Assembly: GCA_010405405.1 (NCBI GenBank)
Contig: MU004241.1
Coordinates: 248,001-312,000 of the forward strand
DNA: 64,000 nucleotides
Source of the DNA: Microthyrium microscopicum
Taxonomy: Eukaryota
Direction of reading: 5' to 3'
Part shown: positions 1 to 11,862 of the stretch, piece by piece
Layout of the letters: each line of letters begins with the position of its first letter
How positions within the stretch are numbered: position 1 is the stretch's first letter
Made by a program: the position numbers and the translations under genes
Notes under the pieces: generated by a model
Databases searched by the model: none
The model's input: the letters and a program-made list of their open reading frames with translations, nothing else
Told to the model about the DNA's origin: nothing

Positions 1-512
1 GGTGAATATGTGCGTCTTGTGGTAGGACGCGTTACGGAGCATCCGGAGGAGCAGGATTTGACTTCTTGGGATAGAGGTGTTTGTCTGGTACAGTGTATGA
101 ACGATTCGGCTGGGCACTGGTGACCGGGGGAAGAGTTCTATTCACCTGATAATTCGGATCACTCGTATGCGACGAGGTATGGAGAGTATTCGGTCACTGA
201 ACGGCTGGGGGGGCAACTGAGTTGGTATCGTTGATGATATAATAGTCATGGTGACTGCCTGCTTGACTGAAGGACTTTTATATCGAAATTGCAGCGAGAC
301 CGCAACGTTACTTAATTGGGTTTATGTATGTATCGAATTAATGAAGTCACCATCCTACAAGGAATCTTCAGGTTTTGGACTTGGAGCGAATTAGTTTTTG
401 ACTACTACCTCGCTCCTTAACACCCACTATTCTTTGCACCATCATACTTTTACAGCACGAGACGAGTGGCCGGACACAGGCATCCTGTTGGGAGTCCTCA
501 GAACTTAGTCCG

Positions 513-1189
513 ATGCCCCAACGTGACTGGCTCAAAGGAGCAAAGCCTCGACAATATCCGTGTATGTTTTCAAGACTTTTGAAGCATCGCATCTGATGAA
601 TTTTGCTAAGCATAACGTAGTCCGCAAGCGTCAAGTCGCAATTGACGATGAAATGGATGATGACAGTGACGGCGAGCTCATTGAAGACATGTCGGAGCTA
701 CCAGAAAAACCCATGACAGATCCAGCGACAGCACCTTGGGGACTTCCCATCAGCAATACGGATTTCCAAAAACTCAAAGTTGGCTACCAGCCGAAATCTT
801 CGGACGACAAATGGGGTATATATGCTTCAAATCTGGATGATGGGCAAACAACCAAAATTACGATAGGTCGAGGTTGGAGAGGCATCAGACACTATATATT
901 CTACCTCAAATCTAGAGAAAGTGAGAGTGGGATGGTGATTGAAAGCCTCGAATGGGATCAGAACAAAGGCGTTGTCTTCATTTCGGAGGAACGAGGCAAA
1001 GCAGAAGCGGTGGTTCTTTGTCGAGAGCTTTTGAAGTGCGAGTTTAAAGGGCTCCCACATCATGACTGGACGATTACACATGAGTATCCTGAAATTACAG
1101 TCGTGAATGGACAGGTTGTTCCAGATTATCAAGCACAGAAGAAGGCTCATTTCTCTAAGCTGGAGAACAACTCGTCGAGCGCCATGTGA
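513..1189 (+). CDS. Fungal hypothetical protein (exons 513-561, 621-1189)
   Basis: ATG513 exon splices in frame across a GTATGT...GCTAAG...TAG intron (562-620) into the 560..1189 ORF; acidic N-terminus, then a globular region (PATAPWGLPISNTDFQKLKVGYQPKSSDDKW). Confidence 0.6.
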
Positions 1190-1377
1190 GGAGGATAAAT
1201 TGAAAGGATTGAACCGAGTCGCAATGAAATATACACAAGGATGGAACTTAAAAAAAATTTCATAAGAATACTTGCTATTGATATTTCGATTTGAAATCAA
1301 CACCTTGCTTATTCGAGCCATACACCTGAAAAAGTGATTGTTGATGGCCACTCTTTGACAGAGTCGTGAAGTACAAC

Positions 1378-2379
1378 TTAACGGCCTCCATTATAGTAGC
1401 GAGCCTCTTCGTCGATCTTAGCACACATGTCTGGCTTGGCTCGCCTGATCTGTTCAGCCAATCCAGCCGCTGATATACGAGATCGATGGTCTTCTAGCAG
1501 ACTCAAATCCAACATATTCTTGAGCTGTGTGGAGTAAGTCCGCATCCAGGACTTTTTGGCACAAGACCTTGCAGTGTTCTTTTCACGACTCTGAGGAGGT
1601 GCAGTGATGTCTATGATACGATTAGGCATTGACGAGGACCAATGCACAAAATCTTCGTTTCGTTCTTTTTGCCGATAGATCCACACTGGTGTGTCGCCAG
1701 AGGTCATTTCGTGTATAATGCTACCGATGCCGTACACGTCTTGAAAAGTGCCTCTGAGACCGTATCTACGTTCCGGCCCACAATAGGGGAACGAGCCAAC
1801 GCAGCAATTATGATCGTAAGTACCAGAGCCGTCATCGAGCTCGGCGACACCGAAATCACCCAGCTTGAGACGCAAGCCATGGTAACGAGGCTCTGGATAT
1901 TGTTCAACAAAGATGTTGGCAGATTTGATGTCGTGGTGGATGATTTTGACCCAGTAGGATCCATATCGAGAAGTGCCATAACCTTCGTGTAAGAAGCCAA
2001 TGACACTGGCGAGCTGGTAGTAAGCAGCCCAGATGGTCTCCTCAGAGATAGGAATCTTTTCTCGCCATCGATAATTACAATAGTCTTCCACGTCACCTCC
2101 ATCGTAGTACTTCATAATGAGCGCGTTGAATTCGTATGATGGCGCGTTTTCGTAAAGCGTAGTATTGGCAATGTGAATATGGTTGGTGCCGAGGGATTTT
2201 ATAAACTTCATGATTGTGAAATCTTGCTCTCCTCTTCTTGAATCCTTGGGAACAATCTTGGAAATGAAGATATGGCCGTCTGTAGTGCGCCATTTGGTCA
2301 ACGGAATAGTGTTCATGCCATCCTCCGAAATGACCTCCAGGAGCCGGGAGTCGGGCAAAATGGGGATTCTGTGTGCCAT
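1378..2379 (-). CDS. Divergent Ser/Thr protein kinase (NEK/NIMA-like core), intronless
   Basis: Motifs MKYYDGGD, IIHHDIKSANIF, LKLGDFG, GSFPYCGPE, DVYGIGSIIHEM; first ATG at 2379. Confidence 0.85.
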   Translation of the reverse strand: MAHRIPILPDSRLLEVISEDGMNTIPLTKWRTTDGHIFISKIVPKDSRRGEQDFTIMKFIKSLGTNHIHIANTTLYENAPSYEFNALIMKYYDGGDVEDYCNYRWREKIPISEETIWAAYYQLASVIGFLHEGYGTSRYGSYWVKIIHHDIKSANIFVEQYPEPRYHGLRLKLGDFGVAELDDGSGTYDHNCCVGSFPYCGPERRYGLRGTFQDVYGIGSIIHEMTSGDTPVWIYRQKERNEDFVHWSSSMPNRIIDITAPPQSREKNTARSCAKKSWMRTYSTQLKNMLDLSLLEDHRSRISAAGLAEQIRRAKPDMCAKIDEEARYYNGGR

Positions 2380-2716
2380 TTGAGGATGTTTTGTTTGGGG
2401 ATTTTTTGATACAATCACTCAATGACCTGAAGTGTATATGTAGATGTAAGTTTACGGCATAATGCCATTGTCGCTTAACCGGGATTCCCTTTTTCATTGT
2501 TGAGCACAAGGCCATTATTGGGATTCAACTTAGTATAAGGCCTTTGTTGCAAAGAGTGTCAAAGAAATCGACACGCAGCTTTTGCATCGTGTCAGCATGC
2601 TCCCGAGAGATGGAAGGTGACAGTCGTGGTGGTGCTGTTACGGCAATATAGACAGCGAATGCCTCATTATCATGTGATCATGACGATTGAACGTTTTTGG
2701 TGCAGATTTATGGGTT

Positions 2717-3574
2717 TCAGTCGGAATCAATGGAGTCAATAATTTTCTGGCATCGCTCTCGGAGTTCAGCAATCCCAGCGACAGCTTGACATCGATCCAA
2801 GATCTTTTGAACAGTAGCCCACTCCTCGATGGCCTCGTCGTTATGGCCCTCGTCAATCAAGCTCGTCAGTGTGGTTGGGCAATCAACAGCTCTCTGAATC
2901 AACAGCCTCTGTCGTTGTTGTTTCTTCTGACCAGTTGTCAAGCCCTCGACAGCACCCTTATCCAGTTCACTTGACAAACTAGCAGCCGTCTCCGCAATAT
3001 GCGCAATCGCCGGTGCCAAGGTTGACGTAGCTGGTGCTAATGGATCCATATTTGACCGCATCTATCCCAGAATCAGCACATCTCAACCCCTATAAACCAC
3101 CTCAGAGCTTCATACCTTCTTGATCGTATCCGTCGCACTAATCAGCTTCGAATAATTATCATACACCAACGCTTTGCGCTCTCCATCCAACGTCCTCACC
3201 TCGCCCACCAACTCATTCTCCAAACTCAGCAACCCCTCCAACCGCTCCGTTTCCAACACCTGTCTGACATACGCGCCAGCATCAAAGCCCTCACGGTCCA
3301 ACGCATCCAACCTTGAACCGCCACCAATACTACCTCCAACTCGGCTGGCAGTCGTGTCAACGCTTCCACGACTACCGTCTGCAGCGCCGCTTTTGAGTCC
3401 GTAGTAGTCACGCAGGGCGACACGTGCGCGGCGTGGAGGGCCAGAGACGCTGGCGCGTGAAAGGGAGGGCGGCGCAGAAGGGTTGGAGGCGTGGTCTAGA
3501 GAGGTACGCGAGGACGGTGGACTGCGCATAAGGGAGAGTGACGGCCTGGGTGAAGCAGACGGTACTGTAGCCAT
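2717..3574 (-). CDS. VPS51: GARP complex subunit Vps51 (intron 3062-3115)
   Basis: Signature LRDYYGL...FDAGAYV...[30 protein letters not shown]; a GTATG..TAG intron joins the two ORFs in frame. Confidence 0.9.
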
Positions 3575-3976
3575 GATGGCGGGTGTGATTGTTTGTGTTG
3601 AAATGCGGTGTGGTTGGAATGTTGTATGGACTGAAGTTGGAAGTCTGGTCGATTGGTGGTCAACTATTTTGTAGTGAACCATGCATGCAAAAGATGGCTA
3701 ATTAGGGTAAACGTACCTGGAAGCTGGGATACTTTTCGAGATTAATTAATGGGGATTGTTGCACATGCTCTTTGCTTGATGCGCGATGCTCGTTTGTTGT
3801 CGCTTGTCGCTTGTAGCAACCGCGTTTAACGCTTGGCATTACTGTATTTCAACTTCTCTCCATCTTCAACTCCAAACTTTCTCTCTCAGGACTAAAACTG
3901 CTCTATGCATGCACAAAACATGTTCACCACTTAAAGTCCCAGTTCTCGCCTCTAGGTTCATACATCGCCGCAACTT

Positions 3977-6686
3977 CTAAACTTCGACAACGCGTCCGAC
4001 AAACCCAGACAAGCCGGCCAACCCCGCGCCGCCCCCTGGCGTGACCAGGACTTGGGAGCCGACTTGCACAAACTCTCGTGATGCAATGAACTGAAACGTA
4101 ACTAGCAACTTTTCATCCCGCTCACGCAGCATCCGTGCCGCTTGGTTTCCTAAATCGTCCTCAAAACCAAATGCAAGCTCCTCTTCGTCGCTCAACAATG
4201 CTCCATCATCGTCATTGGGAGCCTCAGCCTCGGGTTCCTGCACCATCGCACCCGCGATAATCTTCGCGCTAGCCCTGACGCTGTTGAAATACACGACCAC
4301 ACCGGACCCGATTGACAACGGATCCACATCCCGCCTTGAAAACTCTGCCGCAAACGTGCGCCGCGCTTGCAGATGCGGGCCCGTTGCGAGTATCATGCCT
4401 TTTCGAATGCCCCTCCATGCGCGGCTGCCGACTGGGGTGCAAGGAACCACAGCGATGGTACCTACCTGGTCAGAAATAAGCGCTCTCGCTGGTAGACGCA
4501 GGTGACGAACGCTGTAGACCCTGACTAGGCACCATTCTTCGGACGCCGGCGTTACTGCATGCATATTTGCCAGGTCTGGGGAGGCACCGGACGACCTCCT
4601 AAAGGCAGACAATCGTGCTTCGCTGCTGTCATTTTGTTGACGTCGGGCTGATGATGTGGTTGATGGCGCATTGACGAGGTATGGACCAACGAGAAGCTCA
4701 TCGCCAATTTTTATTGTGCCTTGTCGAACTGCGCCGCTTAGAATTATTGTGTCTGTGTCTGACCCGACTTGAGGCTTGCCGGTGAATGTATCCTCAATAT
4801 CGAATAAGGCAGAGTTATTGATTGAACTGTATTTGGGCTGTGGTATAGGCAGTGCATTCAGCAGTGCGTGAAGAGTTTTGATACCAGTGCCTTTGACCGC
4901 ACTAGTCAATACAATCGGGACAATCCAGCGATGATTCTCCTGAAGGCCCTGAATCTGGCTCTTCATGTCAGCCATATCCCTCGCATTGACAAGGCACATA
5001 TCGCCTTCCGAGGCTACTCTATAGTCCGGCAAGATCAACGGCTGTCTGCCTGCCCTTTTGAGCGCGGTGAGAATCTTGTTAAGATAACTTCGCAACCCAA
5101 CTCTGGACGCAAGATCAATTTTTGTGATAACGATAACAAGGGGAAGATCAAGCTTCAAGCACAGTTCAAGATGCTCTTGTGATAGATCAACATCCTGTCC
5201 GCTCCCGGTCAAGGGTAGCCCCAGAGTCTCATGCGAGGGCGGCGTACTTCCTAAGCGCCCAGCCGTATCTTCGGAATTGTCTGCAGGTATGCACAAAACC
5301 GTCCAATGCGGGGCCCAACCAATTAGACCTCTTACAGTGGTTCGCCGAAATCGAGGATGACCAGCCGAGTCTGAGAAGAAGACTAATCGGCCACTCGCGC
5401 CAGCGCACAGGGTGTGAATGTCTACCCAGGAGGAGACGTTGGCGGAGGCAAAGTTCACGGCTTGTGTGTCTCCACCACTGGTTTCATGGTAGCCAAGGAG
5501 CTCGTGAGTGACGGAGCTGGTCATGCCAGATTTGATCTCGTGTTGGTGTTTTAGAAGACTGAGTCTGCTCTTGCCGCGGCCATCTAAATCGTTAGTGTAA
5601 GATTACGAAACGGCGTTATCAAAGCCAACACGCGCTGAAAAGATCATTTGGTCGTTTCAAAACGAAATACCGTCGCGTCTTATAGTGACCATAGAGTGCT
5701 ATGGGAACCACAAGATGCGATAGCGTTGACGTAAGCTGATTTTAAATGGGCAAATGCTTACTGTCCAATGTTGCCGTCGTCAATGTACCTAATAATGAGG
5801 ATTTTCCCGACATGGTGGTACCAGTAAGTGTGACGCGAAGCTGATCTGTTACTGATATTGGCTGCGGTTCGATTGAACTCTCAGAGTGAGATCTGACTCT
5901 CGCCTTTGCATTGAAGTTTGGCCGGACGTAGGCCTCTGCAACCCAGAGTTTGCTTTTGCGCAGTTTGGGTGCTTGGTTTCCAGATGTTGGCTCTAGCCAT
6001 TGACACTCCCCAACTGCGACTTTGCGGAGGACTGAAGCTATACACCCAAGGCTTGCAGCCATCGTCTGAAGAGTTTCAATACTCTCGTCCAACTCGTCAT
6101 CGGCGAGACCAACAAAAGTGCCATCATCTGCTACACCGATTTCGTAAAGTGCACCCTTGCTGTCCTCCAAGCCGGGAAATATGGTTTGAGGGCTTTTGTC
6201 GCTTCCTTTTGCTAGTTGCTCCAAAACACCTTGGGTGGGCTTGTAAGACGAGTGGTGATAAGACGATGTCTGTTGTAGTCTCCACAAGAGTTGAGTAGTG
6301 AGTTGATCAAGTCGAAGCTGACGAGATGTCACTGCATATGCCTGCGCTTGTGGTGATCCTAAACTTGAGCTGCTAGAAGACTGTGGCCGAAGAGATGGAG
6401 ACCGATAAGAGCCATGGGATTGTCCATTGTTAGTGCTAGAATATACAAACGATCGTCTCTGTCTAAGAAGAAGATGCAGTTTGTATTCAGTTGGTCCCTC
6501 CTGCGGCTCGGCAACTAGACTCGTGACGATGATGTTTTCGTCATCATGGGTAGATATGTCCAAGCCGGATATTCCCAAGCTGGGAGATGACGAAGGTCCA
6601 CCTAACCTTGGGGTAGAAGTTCTGGGTGTTGCCCATGGCGATGACACTGATGGCGGCGAAGGATCAAAAGTAAAAATACTAGCCAT
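3977..6686 (-). CDS. GTPBP1/GTPBP2-like translational GTPase (intron 5584-5761)
   Basis: P-loop GTTMSGKSS; spliced LDNGRGKSRLSLLKHQHEIKSGMTSS; DSAGH; TKID; TSAVKG; GALYEIGVADDG; EF-Tu-like C-terminal beta-barrel segments. Confidence 0.88.
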
Positions 6687-9600
6687 TTTGATTCCGTAAG
6701 CGACAGAGACACGTATTGGGATGCACTTTAGAGCATTCGAGGAAGGTGTGGTATTGACATGATCCTGAAATTGGTTTGTGTAGGGGCATGAAGGAAATTG
6801 ACTTTGTATGTGCTGATTGCATCAAACGAAATGATGCAAATTGTTGGATTCAGCCGATTGAGGGAACGTCAATTGTGCAGTGATTGTTGAGTTGGTGACT
6901 CACTGCAAAACTTCGATCGGTGTCCTCATTGGGTTTGACTGCGAATCCTCCAGAACATGAAGCTTCCAGAAAACACGGTGTATCCTTAGTTTCCACGATG
7001 CAGGCGGTGTTGTCGCTGAGCCACGATAGTAGGTATCTTGGTATCCATGCAACGATCATCTATGGTGTTCAATGTCGGTGAAATTTGTTGAGTCATCATG
7101 GGCATGGAGCCAATCAGAGAATTTTCATTTCTCAGGAACGACTGCTAGCCAATAGCGGGGCAGTATTTTAGCATGGAGCTGCAATTATTACAGGCATAAT
7201 GGGCAGCTCAAGGATAAACGGTACCGCCCCCACAAGCAGCGAGTACTTCGAAATATAGTTCCTGTGATCGAGTCAAATACCTCGCTGATTTGAAACCAGG
7301 GACTAGAAAGCATTGGAGCCAGAGAGTCGTAATAGGTTTATGGCGTGACCTCAATTCTACACATGTAGATGACCCGAAGTGTCGAAAGGTAATGAGGCTG
7401 AGGGCATAGTAGGATCAAACCGTTGCGCTCTTCACCGAATGTTCTTTCATGTCGCCAGGGAAGATATCTGGATCGGCCCGAATGAGCAAAGGGGTAAAAA
7501 GCCCGAATTTTGGAGATGTAGCCAATGAGCAAATTCGATTGCGCAGTCAGGATCTAGATCTTCCTTTCAGCCACAAGTAGGGGTTATCCTTGGGTATAAG
7601 TGCAAGGCATACTTTGTACAATCGTTTCGAGAGGTACCACGTTGTTTCAAAGGGTAGTATCTCCCACTATCAACTAAAGTTGGCGCAGTTATAGCATACG
7701 AACCGGGTAATCAGACAAGCTAGGTAGTTAACAAGGTCCAACGTGGGCAGGTTTGTCCGAAAAAACGCAAGATGTAAACAAGTGCTATCAAAATGTCAAC
7801 ATAAAGTAACTTGTAATGAGACTGTTAGGACATGATCCCAAACTAGGAAATGCTGCGAAGTAATCCGGACGGCGAAAGCAAAGGGCAGAGAGGGAGAGAA
7901 GCGCGGCTCTTTCGGCAGTTCAAACCCGTCTTCCGCAGCCTTGGGGTGATCAGAAGAGCGCAAGAGGGGTGTCGGACAATCAAAATGTTGACAACGACAG
8001 CTTGGATAGCCCTTGAAACAAATCATTGGTCTGTTTAGAGAACAAGTCATGGCGAGAATGGCAGCCCCAAAGCTCCGATTGAGCTAGATCATTTTAAGCT
8101 TAGGGTACCGTGGGTTTGGGTCAACCTTTGAAACTGCAAGGATAGGGGTAGCTGTAGCCAACAGGGGTTAGACGCACGCGGGTAATCATCTTCGCAGACT
8201 ATCCGACTCTTGGCATTTGCTGTCGCACAACCTCTCAACTTTGTCACTTTGAGCGGCGCCCATTCATCATACGACGTTAAATCTACGTGCCGCCAGCATT
8301 AATCACTGATCATTACTTGACTACGTACCCTCTCTCTGTTCGGCCCTGCCAGAGTACATACTCTGTATCTTGCTGAGCCTCGGCTCTCGCTCAACCATGC
8401 TCATACTACCTCTAGCTCCAAGGACAAGCTCATAACGATGTACGAGCATGCCCGACACTAACACTATCCCGTCCGTGGCTTTCCAGTAGTTCTCCACAGC
8501 GGGACATTTGACACCATTGGGCCTTGGCATATCTACCGTATCCAGTCAATTAGCAACATTTACTTCTAAGCGCCGTGGACGTTGGAGGGCTTTCTAACTA
8601 CCGAATTTTATGCAAATTAACCTATTTCGGGAAGAAACGAGGCCTTTCCCAGCAATAATTGAAAAAGAAATATGCGCATCAAGCTCAACAGCTTAACAGT
8701 TCCAAGCCGCCTCCACATGCAGAGGCGCGATGCGTGGCTGTCTGGTAACCGAATTCTAACTGCATCTGTACATGGCAAGTTTGAAGTGACAGCCAACCTC
8801 GCTTCATTCGCGAATAGTTGCGTTACAACGGAGTATGCCCGACCTTCCGAGGACCGAGAGGGAGTTTATTCTACAGTACTACAAGAGTCAAGAATGAACC
8901 GGGGTTATCTTGATCAATCAGGCACTGATGAGTTCCGAACGTTGTTGCGGATCAACTGAGAGACAGGACTACAGCCCACCAATAGGCAGAGTTAGCGAGA
9001 ATGATTTCAACAACTTGATTATATCGGAAAATGATTATTGCATATTTCGGCAAATGAATCAGCCACTTGCATTACCCTCTTCTCCCAAGATTTGTTGTGC
9101 ATTCTTCATGTCAAATAATACTCCACCAAATCATATAAACTGAGCAATGATAGTCGGTGATGACCGATGGCCTGTTATCTGCAGCCGCAACAGATGACAA
9201 GTAGGGGATGCATGGCTTGCCTCTTGATGCCGCAGATTTGTTGTAATTGACATTTTATCTGCCAATAATATCGACGATAAAACGCCATCCAACAGCTTCT
9301 CCTCTTCTACCACTGGCCACCGTGGGAACCGTTCACAGCCTTATTGAAACCTGCTACCTGCCCAGATTGCGCTGTGCATGCAGCATTTACGCTTCTCTTT
9401 AAAGCTGATCCCCGCCGCGGGTCCGCGCAACCTCTTGGGCAACGCGTAGGAAGTACGATAGTGGACCATTCTTAGTACGATAGTCTTATACCAATCTATC
9501 TCTAGGGATCCCCAACTTGTAAGGTGAGAAAACTTGGGAGCTTTGCCCGAACGATTGTGCAGACTTGATTTGCTGCAACTTTGAAAAGGCAACTTTGCAG

Positions 9601-10665
9601 GTTGGCTTGAAGTATTTGAGTTTGCGTCGTTATTAGGCGCTGGCTAGTATGGCTGCAGCTGCCACTACTGCAATCAATGGAGAGTACCGCAAGAAGCCCG
9701 CAGAGGTGCCACCAGTAAACCACGTTTAGGACCATTTAGTGGCGCTTGAGTTTAGACCACAAATACTTCCCAGACGAGCTGAATTTACTCATTTCAATCT
9801 GCAGACTTGTTTCCCAAAACAAGTATAGTGGGTGCGGCGCGGTAAGACGGAAGTTGCCCGAACGCTATTATCCTTCCAATTTCGAGGAGAATCATTCCAA
9901 ATTGTTTCTCTCGGCGGAACAAAGACTAGCAAGAGAGATTGTTGCATGTTTTTCTTCAAGATTTAGAGCAACTTATGATTGCCCTTGGCGGATAATCGTC
10001 TGCAGTTCACAACGCAACCTGACCCTGGACAAATTGTTGACCGGAAACCCTGGAAAGTGACCTGATCGGCCTGGGTCACTCTAGGGTCGACGCTGGTCCC
10101 CAAGGGGACTTTGAAGCACCAATGCATGAATGCGATGCTGTCAAGTCACATAAACTGCGCCCCTTTCCGTCGAAACTATGCGCAGGGACAGTAGCTGATA
10201 TAGCGGAGTAGTCATAGTGAACGTTTGAAGATACTCAAGAAAACACACTAATGGGGCGATCATGATGAAGATTATCATTGACAAGACAAGCAATCTATAT
10301 TGCGATTTTTGTTCAAAATGTAAACAAGATATTGCTTATACTAGTAGACAAGGCCACCCGCAAAAAAGCCAAATCGCGCTTATCACTTGAAAGTGATTTG
10401 CGGACCATGCGAATAAAATGTGAACGCCCTGGTTTTTATCCATAAACCTTAATCCCCGTACGTCCCTCGGTATATTATCCTTGGACAAATCCGCTCACTG
10501 GACTGGCCCAAATAATATAATGCCTTGTATCAAATAACCAATACAAAAAAATCGCTATGCAATTGATTTCTCCCTATAGGTATTTCCCGCTTGCCACATT
10601 GGTCTCATTATCATATACAGCGCACTGATGTTTTCTCTTTTTTCTGAATTGGTGGTGCTGAGTGT

Positions 10666-11862
10666 TCACCTGTCAGGCTGAGAAGGACTCCGACTGGATG
10701 GTGTGTTGAAGCCGCTTTTCTTCCCGCACTTTTTGTTGTCTACGTGTTGGCGCATGGCAGTCTTGCGAGTAAATGGTGCGCCACAGTGTGGACAAGTTGC
10801 CTTGGTTGCGTTTCCGGACTTTTCGCGTACATGGCGTAGATAATTGCTGTGTGTGGAGAATACGCGGCCGTTGCATCCGTGGTCCCAGCAGCGGGTTTCT
10901 TTGGGAGGATCATTAAGTTTTGGCCGTTCGCCTTGGGTCATGGATGGATCGACAGTACTTCGTGGGTCATGCGATTGCATGTAGCTTGGTTGGGTTGGGA
11001 TGTATGAGGAGCCGGATTGGGAGTAAGAAGGATAACCGTATGAGCTTGGCCGGGTTTCAGCATGGCTGTAGTTCATTCCGTAAGAGTAATTGTAGCTTGG
11101 TGCTGGACCCATTGACGTTGGCGCCGCGTATGTATAGCTGGTTGGGTAGGAATAATCGTGGACTTGCTCTGTTTCCACTGAGGCGGAACGACTGGGAAGC
11201 GCTGAGCTGGTTCCTGCTAGAGCTGGGCTTGGTGCATAAGATCCGGCGTAGGTGGAGTGTTGTTCTAACGATTCACTGGTCATCATGGGCTTTTCTTCTG
11301 ATATAGGAGCTATGTAGCCTGGTACGGAGTTAGCTAATGGAATGGTATGATAGTAAAGATCGCACGTACTGTGAGGATAGTGTGATGTGTATGAAGAAGT
11401 ATTGTACGACAATGGAACAGCGAATTCCATAGAAGGACTAAAAAACGTTAGTCGCGGATCATACAATATGATAAAGAATACATACTCAAAGCTCAATAAC
11501 GAAGGTTCTTCCAAAAGGGATGTGACTGCTGTGTCTAAAGGTACTGATTCGGTGCAAGGAAAGATGTCAAAGGCTGCAGTGCTGGGAGTCGATGAGGCGC
11601 TGGATATTAAAGATGGTACCGCATCTAACGAATAGGCCGCAGAAGTGGTCGTTGGGCTTGTTGAAGGAAATTGGAGGATGGCCTCGTCCCAAATTGCTTG
11701 CCGATTAAGATCAGTTAATGATAGCGAAGTTGATCGTCGTCGAGATATGCGTCCTGAAAGTACTCGGCGAGGCTGAGGAGATCTGAAGAAGAGTGGGCCT
11801 GGGGTAATAGATCGTGCAAGAGGAAGAATATTCCCTTGCTGATCGGTAGTGGTGTTAGCCAT
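10666..11862 (-). CDS. C2H2 zinc-finger transcription factor resembling the Aspergillus ZfpA type (probable in-frame intron 11438-11485; start codon uncertain)
   Basis: C-terminal [26 protein letters not shown]...[17 protein letters not shown]; Ser/Pro/Tyr-rich N-terminal region. Confidence 0.8.
   Translation of the reverse strand: MANTTTDQQGNILPLARSITPGPLFFRSPQPRRVLSGRISRRRSTSLSLTDLNRQAIWDEAILQFPSTSPTTTSAAYSLDAVPSLISSASSTPSTAAFDIFPCTESVPLDTAVTSLLEEPSLLSFEYVFFIILYDPRLTFFSPSMEFAVPLSYNTSSYTSHYPHSTCDLYYHTIPLANSVPGYIAPISEEKPMMTSESLEQHSTYAGSYAPSPALAGTSSALPSRSASVETEQVHDYSYPTSYTYAAPTSMGPAPSYNYSYGMNYSHAETRPSSYGYPSYSQSGSSYIPTQPSYMQSHDPRSTVDPSMTQGERPKLNDPPKETRCWDHGCNGRVFSTHSNYLRHVREKSGNATKATCPHCGAPFTRKTAMRQHVDNKKCGKKSGFNTPSSRSPSQPDR

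Noticed and set aside
1..250. Possible minus-strand gene start at the window edge
   Set aside because: ATG at 249 reaches a stop after 35 codons and the other frames also close; nothing recognisable.
5584..5761. Long GTPase intron as stwintron or ncRNA host
   Set aside because: No nested donor/acceptor arrangement or snoRNA boxes found.
8321..8530. 69-aa ORF behind an acceptor-like signal
   Set aside because: No upstream exon or motif found; not called as CDS.
10048..10086. Imperfect hairpin CCCTGG..AGTGACC / GGTCACT..CTAGGG
   Set aside because: Short and bulged; compatible with chance.
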